Shown one piece after another: positions 1 through 12,400 of a stretch of DNA of 64,000 nucleotides. Position numbers and translations under genes: made by a program. The stretch lies in IMG/VR virus record IMGVR_UViG_3300042483_000388, one strand, 5' to 3'. The notes below the pieces were generated by a model. That model searched no databases. It had not been told where the DNA came from and saw only the letters and a program-made list of their open reading frames with translations. Origin of the DNA: a virus (Duplodnaviria > Caudoviricetes). Each line of letters opens with the position of its first letter. The first letter of the stretch is position 1.

Positions 1-2
1 CC

Positions 3-1055
3 GCATTACAAAGGTTAGGTGTTACGTCAAGTGCATTATTGGACCCACTAAAGGCTATGGACTTAGCTCAAAACGATCCTGCAGCACTTCAAAATGAAAT
101 GGTAAATATTTCAAAAGAGTTTACTAAGTTTAATAAAGAAAGTGGTCAAATGGAGATAATGCCAGGTGCAAAACGTAGATTACGTGAGGTTGCCGACGCA
201 ATGGGAATGACATCTGAAGACCTTGCAAAAATGTCAATAAATGCCGCAGACTTTGATAGAAAAATGTCACAGATTGAATTTCCAGAATTAGCCAAAGATC
301 CGCAAACAAAAGAAATGATTGCGTCTATGGCCCAACTTAAAGATGGTAAGGCAACGATTAACGTTAAAAATGAACAAACAGGTATAGTAGAACTTAAACA
401 AGTTGATCAACTTACATCAAAAGATATTGATAGTTTAAAAAATGCTCAAGACGACTCAAGTAAAAGTATTGAAGAATTAGCAATTGATCAATTAAGTGAA
501 TTAGAACAAATTAAAAACTATAACGCAGCTCTAATAGATTCTGCTAAATTTGGTAGAGCGACGGTACCCGCATTAAGTAAATTATTTTATGGTCTTAAAG
601 GTATCGAAAAAAGTGTTGCAAGTAATACGTCTAATGCCGTTACAACAGAAGGGATTAGAGGTACTGTTGGGTCTATTGCCCAACCTGTTGAAGACGCCGC
701 AGTTGGGTTATTAAAAGGTGATGCGGCTGCGTTAACAAAGGCAGGAACAGACTTAGTTGTAAATATTAAAAATTTAACTGAAGACGCATTAGGTGGGTTA
801 GTAAAAGTTTCGGGTAACGTAATTGAGGATACAAAAAATATATTGATAGAAAATTATGGAAAAAACTCTGAGACTAAATCAACAAGTGATGTTAATATGA
901 AACTTGACGTTAATGTAAATGGTGGTACCAATATGACAAAAGAAGAAATACATAACATTGTTTTAGAGATGTTTAAAGATACAAAAGTTAAATCAGAATT
1001 AATGAACGGATCAAACTACGCGCCGGTAGCAACTGTGGGAGCAAAAAATCAATAA
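3..1055 (+). CDS. Tape measure protein, C-terminal part (5'-truncated by window edge)
   Basis: The frame is open from base 3 (ALQRLGVTSSALLDPLK...), so the TTG at 39 is not the true start. The protein is helical and rich in Ala, Leu, Gln and Lys, and lies directly upstream of baseplate genes. Confidence 0.65.
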   Translation, partial: ALQRLGVTSSALLDPLKAMDLAQNDPAALQNEMVNISKEFTKFNKESGQMEIMPGAKRRLREVADAMGMTSEDLAKMSINAADFDRKMSQIEFPELAKDPQTKEMIASMAQLKDGKATINVKNEQTGIVELKQVDQLTSKDIDSLKNAQDDSSKSIEELAIDQLSELEQIKNYNAALIDSAKFGRATVPALSKLFYGLKGIEKSVASNTSNAVTTEGIRGTVGSIAQPVEDAAVGLLKGDAAALTKAGTDLVVNIKNLTEDALGGLVKVSGNVIEDTKNILIENYGKNSETKSTSDVNMKLDVNVNGGTNMTKEEIHNIVLEMFKDTKVKSELMNGSNYAPVATVGAKNQ

Positions 1056-1079
1056 CCCGATTAAAAATCAATAATATTG

Positions 1080-1087
1080 TATTTATA
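1080..1087 (+). promoter_or_regulatory. TATTTAT(A) putative late promoter
   Basis: TATTTATA ends 10 nt before the ATG at 1098; the same motif recurs before at least 11 genes. Confidence 0.6.
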
Positions 1088-1097
1088 AAATAAACAT

Positions 1098-4000
1098 ATG
1101 TCAGATAGTTCATTATCATTTGGTAATTCATCGGTATTTAGAAAACAACTGTTAGTTAAGAATCTAGTCCCGTATAATGTTCCGGGGGCCTATACGTCAC
1201 CAGGAAATCCAATTGACTACGAAACCGTATTAACCGTATCAAATGTTGCCGATTCACCAAATAATTTAGTATCAACAAATTTATTTGCTAATGAACTATA
1301 TCCGTTAAACGAATTTGGACCAGAAGGAGGATTCTCCACCCCAATCGGGATCAATAGCGTGGCCTCAACAAACAATCCGGAAGGAACCAATCAAGGTCCT
1401 TATGCCCCACAAGACACACAATTAGATGTTATAAACGAATTCTTTATTGAATCTGCCTACGTTACTAATAAATTTGGACCTTCAGGTGGATATAAAGACC
1501 TTGTCATCATAACTGATATAATAGGTAACGGAAATATTTATCAACCATATTGGGATCCAGGATATTATAGTTATTCATCATACTCAACATATAGTATTGT
1601 CTTCCAAGATGATCCAACAGGATCTAATGGGTTATTATCTTCAGATACATATTTGGCAAAAATTGGGGCATCACAATTAAAATTTGCATTCAACGAAAGA
1701 ATTGCTCAAGAGATATCACAAGCAACTATAGGGTCAATAAATTTAGATACGATAACAGACCCATTTTCAGCAAGTTTATTGGCGACGGGACAACAACCAT
1801 TCTTTATTAGAAATTGGAAAATTACCGTACCTGAGAACCCAATATTGGCGGCAGTATCTTTAGCGAATAGACTTACAGGAACTTATTTTCCTGTATCGTT
1901 TATACCTGGAGATTATTTTGATAATGACCAACCCGTTAATGCGGCTCAGACTATTGCGGCCTTAGGGGTGCCAAACGCTTTAACAGGTGGGTTATTAGCT
2001 CCGATATTAACTAAATTTAGAAACCCTTCCGAAATATTCGTTGCTAACACAGGTAACGGACAAAGATCGGCATTATTTTCCGCTTTAGATTATAATATAT
2101 ATAGACCTTCATATAATAGAGGTATTATTGGTGGTTTAATAGCTGGTGTTGAGAACTTATTAGATCAGGATAAACCACAGAGTGGTGGTTATTATGTTGG
2201 TAGTAAAGACTCTGAACCATCACAAATTGATGGTCCGGCAAATCAAGTACCTGTTAATGCTTTTGGAGTACAACTAGAATCTATTGTTTATGGTCCACAA
2301 GAATTGGGGATATTATATGAGGGTAATGATGAACTAATTAAGTTTGGATTAAAAGGTAAATCATATAGTGATGGTGGTGGTACCGCAGGTCAATTAGTTT
2401 GGACATCACCAAAATATAAGGGAAATGCTGGGTTCCACGCAACAGCTGGTGGTGGTAACGGTAGTATGGATAGTGAATTTAACATGATTACTGGGGATTA
2501 CTTACAATACCAATCCACAGAAATTCCATTTAAACCTGGATCAATACTTGCCAATACTCAAGCTTTAATAAATTCTGCAGATCAGGTACAAGGTCAAGCA
2601 AGACTAAAACATGTTGGTACTGCAATCAACCAAGTTTCTAAAGTTTTTAATGATGGTTATAAAGAGATAACCAAAGGTTCTGGTGTTCTTTCATATGTAA
2701 ACCAAGCAGATGGAACCCAAGCGGGAATTGAATACTGTAGAATCTTCCAAAAGGATACTCCTTATTTAACATATGCCGACCTACAAAAAACTGACGGTAT
2801 AACAAAAGATGGTAGAAGAGCTGACTATTCAATTTTAGATAACACATATAACTTAAACATTGCCCCATTAAAAAATCCTGGATCAACAAATATCGTTGAT
2901 GGTAAAGTTAAAAAATATATGTTCTCCATTGAGAACTTAGCTTGGAGAACTTCAGATAGACCTGGATTCACATATGATGAGTTACCTGTTTGTGAGAAAG
3001 GACCTAATGGTGGGCGTATAATGTGGTTTCCACCATATAATATTAAATTTTCCGATTCGACAAAACCCGATTTCAATTCAACGACATTCTTGGGGAGACC
3101 CGAACCAATTTATACATATAAGAATACAAGTAGAAGCGGATCATTAAGTTGGACTATCATTGTAGATAACCCTTCAGTGATGAATACAATTATTGAAAAA
3201 CAAATGAAGGGGGCAACAAAAGAGAGAGTCCAAAGTATTGTCGATTCATTTTTTGCTGGATGCACAAAATATGACTTGTATGATTTGGCAATTAAATTTA
3301 ATACAATACCGGCCAAAGATTTATATACTTATCAACAAATATTAAATAACCCAAGATTAACGGTAGAAGAACAACAAATAGTTATTGAATCAATACCGCA
3401 AACCGCTGAAGGCACAGTAGGGACATCGACAGGAAATGCCGCAGGGGTTGACCCACCTTTAAATACGGGTAATGCTGGTACGGTAACAGTTGCTGACCCA
3501 ACACCACCAGATTTGAATAAATTTGAAGGTTTAGGGTTTTATTTTGATAATGACATTCCTGGTACAAATCCTAATACAACTGCGGCACAACCATTTAATG
3601 TTTATTATAATACATATCTTGGACAAAAAAGCGTTTACCAAACAAAAGCACCTGCAAAGGTTGATAACGCTGGAACTATATATTCCGCAAGTAGCATACC
3701 CAACTTCTTTACAGATGTTGTTGAGAGTAATTTTACTGTGATCCAATCAGAACTATTAAAAGAAATTGATGATGTTTTAGTTAAATCTAAAGGTTCAATA
3801 ACAATTGAATTGGTTGGTTCAGCATCTGCTCCGGCTACCGAATCTTACAATGTTGCATTATCTAAAAGAAGAAATGATTCAGTTCTTAAATGGTTTTTAG
3901 CTCAACCTTTAAGTGGGGGGACACAAACAATCAAAACATATGCCGATTTAGGTAAGTTTAAAATTACTTTTGATTCTAATGGAGAAGAGATTGTTATTCC

Positions 4001-6152
4001 AAAAAATCAAAAATTACCACTAACTACAGCATCAACCGGTAATGATATTAGTGTTAATTCCACAAACAACGGAACTGTATTAAATGCGGATCTTAACTGT
4101 CGTACAACAACTAAAAGGATAAATACCGCCGGACAGATTGTGGATTCATATAATGCTCAAGTTTATAGTATACCTGCGATGGGATGTAGGAGAGTTGCTA
4201 TTAAAAACATTGATGTTGTAATACCACCTGTTGATCCCATTATTCCTGTAGAAGTAGTCACAACGCCTGACCCAACTAAAGAAGTGAGTAATGTGTCAGT
4301 CCCATTAACCGCAACTACACAAAGCATTAAACCTGAAGCTAAGTTAACGGTAGAACAAAAAATTAAAGAAGGAATCTCTAAAAAAATATTAAGAAACCTT
4401 TTCAGTGAATGTGATTACTTTGAGGTTATTAAGGAATCTAACCCAATGGTTTATGACACAATTAAAGATAAAATTAGATTCTTTAATCCGGCATTTCACT
4501 CAATGACACCTGAAGGATTAAATGCGAGACTTACATTCTTAAATCAATGTACGAGACCGGGACAAACCATACCTGTTATAGGTCCTGATGGAAGACCAAA
4601 ATACAATGATGCGTTAAACACATCATTTGGAGCACCACCAATATTGGTATTAAGATTTGGTGACTTTTACCATTGTAAAATTGTTCCAATAGACATTAGT
4701 TTCAATTATGATGGGTCACCTTTAGATTTAAACCCAGAAGGCATTGGCGTACAACCTATGATATGTAATGTAACGATGTCATTTAATATAATTGGAGGTA
4801 TGGGACTTAAAGAACCAGTTCAACAATTACAAAACGCACTTTCATTTAACTACTACGCAAATACTGAAATATATGATGAGAGAGCGGTCGCAACTGAAGA
4901 TACAAGCAAGTTGGATAAATATGTTGTTGAAAAAATAAATGGAGCTCTACCAATTGTAAGCACCTCAAATGCTGCGGTTGTTAATAGTGTGCAACCTAAA
5001 AAGGGTCAAGGAACTATTGGATCAATAACCGATCCAACAACAATGGATTATACGACATTATTAACGTCGTTACAAGATAAGTTGGTTGAGTATTTTAACG
5101 CATATACCGACATGTTAGAAAAAATAACAACGGATTATAATTATGGTGTATTACAATTAGCGTCAAAAGATAGGTCATATACTAAGGGAGTTCTTTCTGA
5201 GTATGTTGACCCAACTGATGTTGAAATATATGGTAAGTCAAATAAATACCTACAATACACAGAAGATTTAATCGCTAAAGTTAAGAAAGATATCGATAGT
5301 GGTGATACGCCTATTTTAGTTGGTTTGAAGAACGACCAATTAACTAATAAACAAACCAGAGAGTTAAAAGAAAAATTAACAACAAACGCAACTAATCGAC
5401 AGACAGCGATATTAGACTTAATACAAAACAACACTCAAAATTTAATAACAATACAACAAGATTTAAATTACATATTTAGACAAATGGATATGGTTGTATA
5501 CCAAACTGATGGTGTGTTGTTAGATACAAATGAACCTACGGTTTATCAATTAAGTGGTGACACTTTATTTGGTCCGGTAACAACATCTGGAAGCATTAAA
5601 TATGTTTATTTGGGATCAGAACCTGGTTGTATTAAAAGAACAATTAATGACTTTAATGCTGATGTTAATTACTATATTGGGTTAGATTTGTATCAAAAAA
5701 ATAGTTCAACTATCGGTAATGATGGATGTTCTTTTAATGTAAACATTATTAATTGTGAGGAAAATAGATTTTATATTGCATTCTCTCCCTTATTTACAAA
5801 AGAAGAAAATTTAACAATTTTTATAAATGAACTAACTAGTGGGCCTGAAATTAAGTCAAACCCTGGATTGGTTGAAAGAATAAAGATAGTTTGTAACGAT
5901 TTAAAAGTTAAATATGATATCATTAATGCTTCATTAGTTAAGGAAATTGACAACTTAAAGACTGATACAACTTCTTTTGCTTATCAAAATGCGGTTAAAT
6001 ATAAATTACCCGAAACAACGGTAAAAACTTGTAATTATGTTACACCACCAACAGATGATGTTAACCAAAGAACGAAAAGAATAAAAGATTTATACTCAAG
6101 TAAAAACTTGAATAATAATGATAAGTTTAACGGAAAAGTAACCTTTAATTAA
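1098..6152 (+). CDS. Large baseplate/tail-tube-initiator-like virion protein with an internal OmpA-like peptidoglycan-binding domain
   Basis: Two tube-fold-like segments (WFPPYNIKFSD...FLGRPEPIYTYKNTSRSGSLSW; GAPPILVLRFGDFY...PMICNVTMSF) flank an OmpA-like motif (ELVGSAS...YNVALSKRRNDSV). It follows the tape measure gene. Confidence 0.6.
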   Translation: MSDSSLSFGNSSVFRKQLLVKNLVPYNVPGAYTSPGNPIDYETVLTVSNVADSPNNLVSTNLFANELYPLNEFGPEGGFSTPIGINSVASTNNPEGTNQGPYAPQDTQLDVINEFFIESAYVTNKFGPSGGYKDLVIITDIIGNGNIYQPYWDPGYYSYSSYSTYSIVFQDDPTGSNGLLSSDTYLAKIGASQLKFAFNERIAQEISQATIGSINLDTITDPFSASLLATGQQPFFIRNWKITVPENPILAAVSLANRLTGTYFPVSFIPGDYFDNDQPVNAAQTIAALGVPNALTGGLLAPILTKFRNPSEIFVANTGNGQRSALFSALDYNIYRPSYNRGIIGGLIAGVENLLDQDKPQSGGYYVGSKDSEPSQIDGPANQVPVNAFGVQLESIVYGPQELGILYEGNDELIKFGLKGKSYSDGGGTAGQLVWTSPKYKGNAGFHATAGGGNGSMDSEFNMITGDYLQYQSTEIPFKPGSILANTQALINSADQVQGQARLKHVGTAINQVSKVFNDGYKEITKGSGVLSYVNQADGTQAGIEYCRIFQKDTPYLTYADLQKTDGITKDGRRADYSILDNTYNLNIAPLKNPGSTNIVDGKVKKYMFSIENLAWRTSDRPGFTYDELPVCEKGPNGGRIMWFPPYNIKFSDSTKPDFNSTTFLGRPEPIYTYKNTSRSGSLSWTIIVDNPSVMNTIIEKQMKGATKERVQSIVDSFFAGCTKYDLYDLAIKFNTIPAKDLYTYQQILNNPRLTVEEQQIVIESIPQTAEGTVGTSTGNAAGVDPPLNTGNAGTVTVADPTPPDLNKFEGLGFYFDNDIPGTNPNTTAAQPFNVYYNTYLGQKSVYQTKAPAKVDNAGTIYSASSIPNFFTDVVESNFTVIQSELLKEIDDVLVKSKGSITIELVGSASAPATESYNVALSKRRNDSVLKWFLAQPLSGGTQTIKTYADLGKFKITFDSNGEEIVIPKNQKLPLTTASTGNDISVNSTNNGTVLNADLNCRTTTKRINTAGQIVDSYNAQVYSIPAMGCRRVAIKNIDVVIPPVDPIIPVEVVTTPDPTKEVSNVSVPLTATTQSIKPEAKLTVEQKIKEGISKKILRNLFSECDYFEVIKESNPMVYDTIKDKIRFFNPAFHSMTPEGLNARLTFLNQCTRPGQTIPVIGPDGRPKYNDALNTSFGAPPILVLRFGDFYHCKIVPIDISFNYDGSPLDLNPEGIGVQPMICNVTMSFNIIGGMGLKEPVQQLQNALSFNYYANTEIYDERAVATEDTSKLDKYVVEKINGALPIVSTSNAAVVNSVQPKKGQGTIGSITDPTTMDYTTLLTSLQDKLVEYFNAYTDMLEKITTDYNYGVLQLASKDRSYTKGVLSEYVDPTDVEIYGKSNKYLQYTEDLIAKVKKDIDSGDTPILVGLKNDQLTNKQTRELKEKLTTNATNRQTAILDLIQNNTQNLITIQQDLNYIFRQMDMVVYQTDGVLLDTNEPTVYQLSGDTLFGPVTTSGSIKYVYLGSEPGCIKRTINDFNADVNYYIGLDLYQKNSSTIGNDGCSFNVNIINCEENRFYIAFSPLFTKEENLTIFINELTSGPEIKSNPGLVERIKIVCNDLKVKYDIINASLVKEIDNLKTDTTSFAYQNAVKYKLPETTVKTCNYVTPPTDDVNQRTKRIKDLYSSKNLNNNDKFNGKVTFN

Positions 6153-6153
6153 A

Positions 6154-6477
6154 ATGGCAGAACAATATTGGAATAGATATACAGATTTTTTAATAAACGG
6201 ACAAGAGACGGTTGTTCCTTATGTGAACCTACCGGCAAAGAGTTCGGACAAAAATTACATATATATTGTTGGTCAATCTAGATTAGATAAAGCATCCCAA
6301 CAATTTTATGGAACACCATACTTCGGTTGGTTAATACTAATGGCAAACCCACAATTCACCGGATATGAATTTGCCATTCCGGATGGTGCGGTATTGACAA
6401 TTCCATTTCCTTTAGTAGCTTCTTTACAAGATTATAAAAATGTTATAAATAATCAGTTTTTCTATTATGGCAGATAA
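6154..6477 (+). CDS. Baseplate wedge protein, T4 gp53/tail-X/LysM-like
   Basis: Motif RLDKASQQFYGTPYFGWLILMANP...IPDGAVLTIP; canonical position before the hub gene. Confidence 0.75.
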   Translation: MAEQYWNRYTDFLINGQETVVPYVNLPAKSSDKNYIYIVGQSRLDKASQQFYGTPYFGWLILMANPQFTGYEFAIPDGAVLTIPFPLVASLQDYKNVINNQFFYYGR

Positions 6478-9400
6478 CGGTGAAAATATATTAGTTGAGT
6501 TTGATTACGATAACATTACACTTATAGACCCAAATAAGCTTGTTGACGATCAAGGTAATGTAAAAGATAGGTTAGTTAAACAAGAGGATTTAGTTTATTA
6601 TGTGAACCTTGAATGTAATGTCTTACCAAGAACAAAGTTAGCCGTTGGAACTGCGATGAATGATTCTCAAAGGACTATATCGGTAGGTAAAATCAATTTT
6701 TTAAATCCAGGATTTAAAACTTTTATGGATAACGCTTGGGCTGATGAGTTAACAGGAAAAAACACATTACAAGGTAAAGGTGTAAACCAACCAAGTCTAA
6801 CCTCGGTTAAGAACCCAAACAAATCTGATGACTATTATATAACCCAAAATCTATCATCAAACGGGACACCTGGTGCTGTTGATAATGGGCTTTTGGGAAT
6901 GAAATCGGTTAAAGTAAGTGTTGGACTTGATTTCTTACCCGTTGTTGATGTTGATTTGGAAGACGTTAAAGGTAGGGCTTTGTTTGAGGGTGGAAATAAT
7001 TCTCCATATGCTGCTTTTTTCCAACTACCATATCCACAATTTACTCTAACAATTAAAGGTTACTATGGTAAGGCGGTTAAGATGCCAATAATGTTACAAT
7101 CTTTTACGTCTACTTTTGATCCGGCTACACACAATTTTCAAGTTAAATTGAAATTTTATGGGTATAAATATACCCTACTATCCTATATTAATTTTGGAGC
7201 CTTAATGGCGGTACCCCACATGTATAACAATAAGGTGTCCCAAACAACAAGAACTGCAGAGCAAGGTAATGCAAATGACGCAACTACACTAGCAACACCA
7301 ACCATCGTTAGTAGAGGGTATCAAAAGATGAAGGAAATTTATTCAATTTATAAATCTAAAGGATTAATAGATGATAATTTTCCCGAAATAACACTTAATC
7401 AATTAAAATATCGATTATCAAATTTTATTAAAGATATTTTAGACAAGTTCGCAAAAGAAAATTTGGGATCATTAACTGAAATGACAAATTATACAAACGA
7501 ACTTTTAGGGTTCCAACAAAAAGTTTTTATATATACGACATCTTGGTATAACAAATATATGGACACTAAGAATCCTATCGTTTTAAAATCAACAGGTGAA
7601 AGCGTATATAATTTTAAAAAAGAACTTAACCCAGAAAAAAGAGAAGCCGCTATTGCCGAATTAGGTGGGTATCTAACAAATTATAACTTAAAATTAAGTG
7701 AGAATAAAATCTTTGGAATAAAAGGAAGTTATACCGTTGGAACAACTGTGATCCCATCAGAGATACCTAATAGTATTACCATAGATACTTTAACAAGAAA
7801 AATAGCTTCTCAATCCGATGTGGACTTTGAAAAAACTTATTTATCTCAACAAAATACCACACAAGGTACAATAGACCCAATTAAGTTTGAAACATTTAAA
7901 ACTAATTTATCGACCGATATACTACTTGCGATTCAAGCAAGATTATATTATTTTGATGGACCAAATTCATTTATGTCTATAACTAGTGATATGGCAAAAC
8001 AAGCCTCCACCATTAGGAATAATTGTGAAAAATTAATTACTGAAAATTTGGCAGCAAAATTTAATGACCCAAAGAACGGTCTTGGTTTTATGCCCTCAAT
8101 ACGAAACATACTTGCAATTTTTTATTGTCAAGGGGAGGCGTTTCTTGGTTTATTGGATGAAGTTCATAAAAAGGCTTGGGATCAAAGGGAAAACCCATAT
8201 AGAAGAGCCGCAATATTTGGAAATATAACAACAGCACCAAGCGTTGACGTAAAAACCTCAACACAAAATAATGAACCTATTTATCCGTGGCCGCAGGTAA
8301 TACAGGAAACTATTGGGTCAGATAAACAAGAAAAGTTTGAAGTAATATATCCTGGGGCTCAAAATGTTGCTAGTGCGTATAGGGCTTATAATCCTGAAAT
8401 TTGGCCTGAAGTTGAATTTGTTGAACAATTTATTAAAGGATATACCGAACGATTAAATAGTGACGATAAAGGGGGTGAGAGTAACGTTATTGACACCCAA
8501 CCTTCAAGAATTTCATTAAACGCGATTGATTTTCCAGTTACAAACGAAGTATTCCAAAACAAAGAAGAATCAAAATATTATTATGAAATATATGAGAGAA
8601 TTTTAGTAAACTCATTATATAGTAGAATGAATAGGATGAGTGGATATGATCTTAGCGTCTATGAGGCGGAAGGTGATGATGAAGCCACAAACGTATTAAA
8701 AAGTTTGGGAACCGATAACCCATTTTTATCTAAAAAATTAAAAGAATATTTAGTTGACGGGGCTAATTTTGTTCCATTCTTAAGACATATATCAAACGAA
8801 GGTCAGGGGGATAGTTGGCAATCATTTATTAGGGGGGAATTTGTAACCCCATATCTTAAAAATGAATCACAAAACCCAAATTTGTTATATAATTCGGATT
8901 TGATTCAATCACTTAAATCCCAACCTAACCTTTCATTATCAAATACTAAGAATTTAAATAACTTAGAACAGTATTTTGCAAATTCATCTTCATCAAATAA
9001 GTTTGATTTTACCGATACATACCCACTAAGTAATTTAAAATGGGATAAAGATAATCTAGCGTATGGTAAATATTTAAATAATGTTGAAGAATCTTTTGAT
9101 ACAAAAATGGTTTTATCTTATAACAACATACATAAGACATTAACCAACTTTTTAAATTCCGACACAAATAACGATAAGAGACCATTTACACATTTTAATT
9201 TTGAAAATACAATAGTTACTCCGACAACTGAAACTCTAAAGGATTTTTATGACACAAGAAAATATGAGGATCAAGTTGTTACTGAGGGTAATTTAGAGTA
9301 TGTAAATTATACTAATAATTGGTTTACACCAAATCAAACAACGTCAATGTTGAATACCCCATATTTTATAAATGCAATACAACAGGGGGTATTTAATTTT

Positions 9401-12400
9401 AGATATAAACAAGGGGACAAATATCCATATAAAACAGCTGCTTATTTATTTTTAAATAGTTTACCACTTGGTACTTTAAGAGAAAAATATAAAACGTTAA
9501 AAGACGGAGCGGTTTCCGATTTGGATTACATATTATCAACACTAAAGAAGTTTGGTGCGGTTCATAAATTACCATACTCTTGGATATTAAAATATGGGGC
9601 TATTTGGCACAGATACAAAGTTTATAAAGAAAGTGGTGAAGACATATTAGATCCTGTATGGAAAAACTTTAATTATTTAGAAAATTGGGATCCAGTTAAT
9701 TCTGCAGCAACAAAAAGTTTTAATTTACTTATTGATGGAACACAAAGAGACATTGTTTTAGAAAACACGACAGGTACTCAACCATTTACAGATATTAATA
9801 CGGGATTTTATCCACAATTAACGGACGACTTTAACGTATTTTTACAAGGGTTGAAATTGTTTAGTGGTCAAACACAAGTTACGGGTAAATGTGTAATAAC
9901 GCCAATAAGTGGTGATTGCACAACTTTTGACGTTTCGGGAACTTGTTCTATGAGCGGTACTGTTTTAACTGTTAACACAATAGATTATGATTTTATCAAA
10001 CCAAATGTTCTCATACAATTACCCTCCTTAAGTGCGACAACAAGTATATTGTCCCAAATATCTGGAGTATCAGGTGGAACGGGAACTTATATTATGCCGG
10101 TTTCTATAACTGCAACAAACATAAATTTTGTTATAAAAAGTTATGCTAAAATAACTAATCTTACAAGTAGTGGAATCACAAGTGGGACTATTATTGTTGG
10201 ACCATCAACTAATGGACCTTTAACTTTGGGGGTTCAGGTAACTGGAACAACAAACGATAATGGAACATATTTAATTACACCAACCACCGCAATTACGTCA
10301 AACTTTATTGTTGCCAACTCACCATTAAAGGTTACTGCGATTGATAGTAATATATTATCTGCTAACACAATATTAAATGGTGCGTCTTTAAATGGTAATG
10401 TAACCATATTAAGTCAGTTGTCAGGTGTAAATGGAGGAATTGGAACTTACTCAATATCTTCAGGTCAAACCGCAACGACATCAAACTTTGTTGTTGCAAA
10501 TGCTTTTCTACAAGGAATTGGATCATCACAGATACAACCACTTATTACTTCGGGTAAATTAAAACTAATTAATACGACTAACTCAACCATATTTGAAACT
10601 CCAGGTTTTGACCCCAATAATGGTCAAAGAAGTATGAGGGTCACACCATGGTCTGTTGTTGTTAGAACGACAGATGGGACTGGTTATTATACCTTACCTT
10701 CATTTGGGTCTAATATAAATCAAACAAAAGTTGAAGCATTTAAAAATGGGACAATGAAAGTTGAATTATTAAACAACAACGCAATGTTTAATGGTTCAGT
10801 TAGATTATTCTGGAATGCACCACAATATGGTTGGTTTGATAATGATAAGGTTGTTAAAAATAATCCCGAAACATATATGAAGGAAATTTTTAATACAGAA
10901 AAACTACAACAAAACTTTTTAATTACTGGTAACCAAACAAAATATACGAATATTGAGGAATTATTTACGACCTTTGATATTCAGACATTAGATAGTTTTG
11001 AATCTGAATTTTTAAATTTTAGTAGGTCAATTTATGATTATGTTGACACATTACCAACAACTACCGGTAGTCAAAGTCTACAACTTTTAAATCAGATGGC
11101 AAATCCAAATGCGACCACAGAACTAATATCTGATAAGGGAAATAAGAATTTTCAATACTTAATGAGAGAATTACTTAAAGTTAAAACACCAACTGGAACA
11201 TCGCCAGAAACAGTTTTATCTAGCGTTATAACAAGTCAAAATGATAACTTCCAACAGATATTATCAAATTTTGTTAATTATAATGTCGTATTTAAATATG
11301 GTAACCCATCTATGTTTGATAGACGATTGTTTTTAACGTTTTCAAATAAATTCCTTGAAGACCCAATTATTTATGGTCCTTATGAAAATGGAACATTACC
11401 AACACAAGGTGGATCACTTACATTGTCAAACTCTAAACAACAAAATCCGGAAACTTGGAAAGCGTTAGAGTATTATGTTGGTAACTCAACAATACCTAAA
11501 TTAATATATTCCAATAATGGTTCATATATAACTGATTTTTTTGTTGATCTAAACGTACAGTTTAATGAAAAAAATGTAGCTGACTTTGCACCTTTAATTA
11601 AGATATATGCAAGTCAAAAGTTAGTTGATAATAATCTAAATTTAACCAAATTCTATGGGTTGATGAATGCTTATTTTGATCAATCAGATGCTTACATATT
11701 TAATGTAATTAATGTTATGATGCCTCAGGTTAGGAAAGAATTACCAACCGTTTTTATTGAAGGTGATGGATCAACAAATAGAGCCGGTCTTGAAGCTGGA
11801 TTTACAGAACAAACAAGGACTGAATTGTGGGAAACGTTTAAAGCGTTAAATGATACTTGGATTTCTGGTTATGATTTTAAAAACAAAACATTATTTGAGG
11901 ATGTTATGTTAGTTGATAGGGCGAGTAGAAATGTTGGGGATAAAATACTTGTTGATATATTTGAAATACAAAATCTAATTGAGGGTGGGACATACAAAAA
12001 CAACTTGTTGGATATAGTTACAACAATTTTAGTTCAAAATAACTTCCAACACTTCATGCTACCGTCCTATGTTAATTTTTACAATGTTCAGGATGCATTA
12101 AAAAACCCAACCCCAAAACCTGATGGGTCTTTAGATTTTGCTAATACATTGTTTGGAACATTCTTAAATGTAGATTATAGAAATAGTTCGCCTAAATTTT
12201 TATGTTTCTATGCTAACAAACCAAGTGAACATTTGGATATGAAAGATAATATTGATTATAGGTATAGGGATGACGCTTTCGACCTCAGAAGGGCAAGTGA
12301 TAACCCCTTAATTGAAAATCAAATGGATAAAAAAGATTGGGCTAACTCAAATAAAGTCGTTGGTTTTAATATTGATATTACATCACAAAATCAACAAATA

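Noticed and set aside
1043-1074. Short direct repeat aaaaatcaataa near the tape-measure stop
   Set aside because: Short and AT-only, expected by chance at this base composition.
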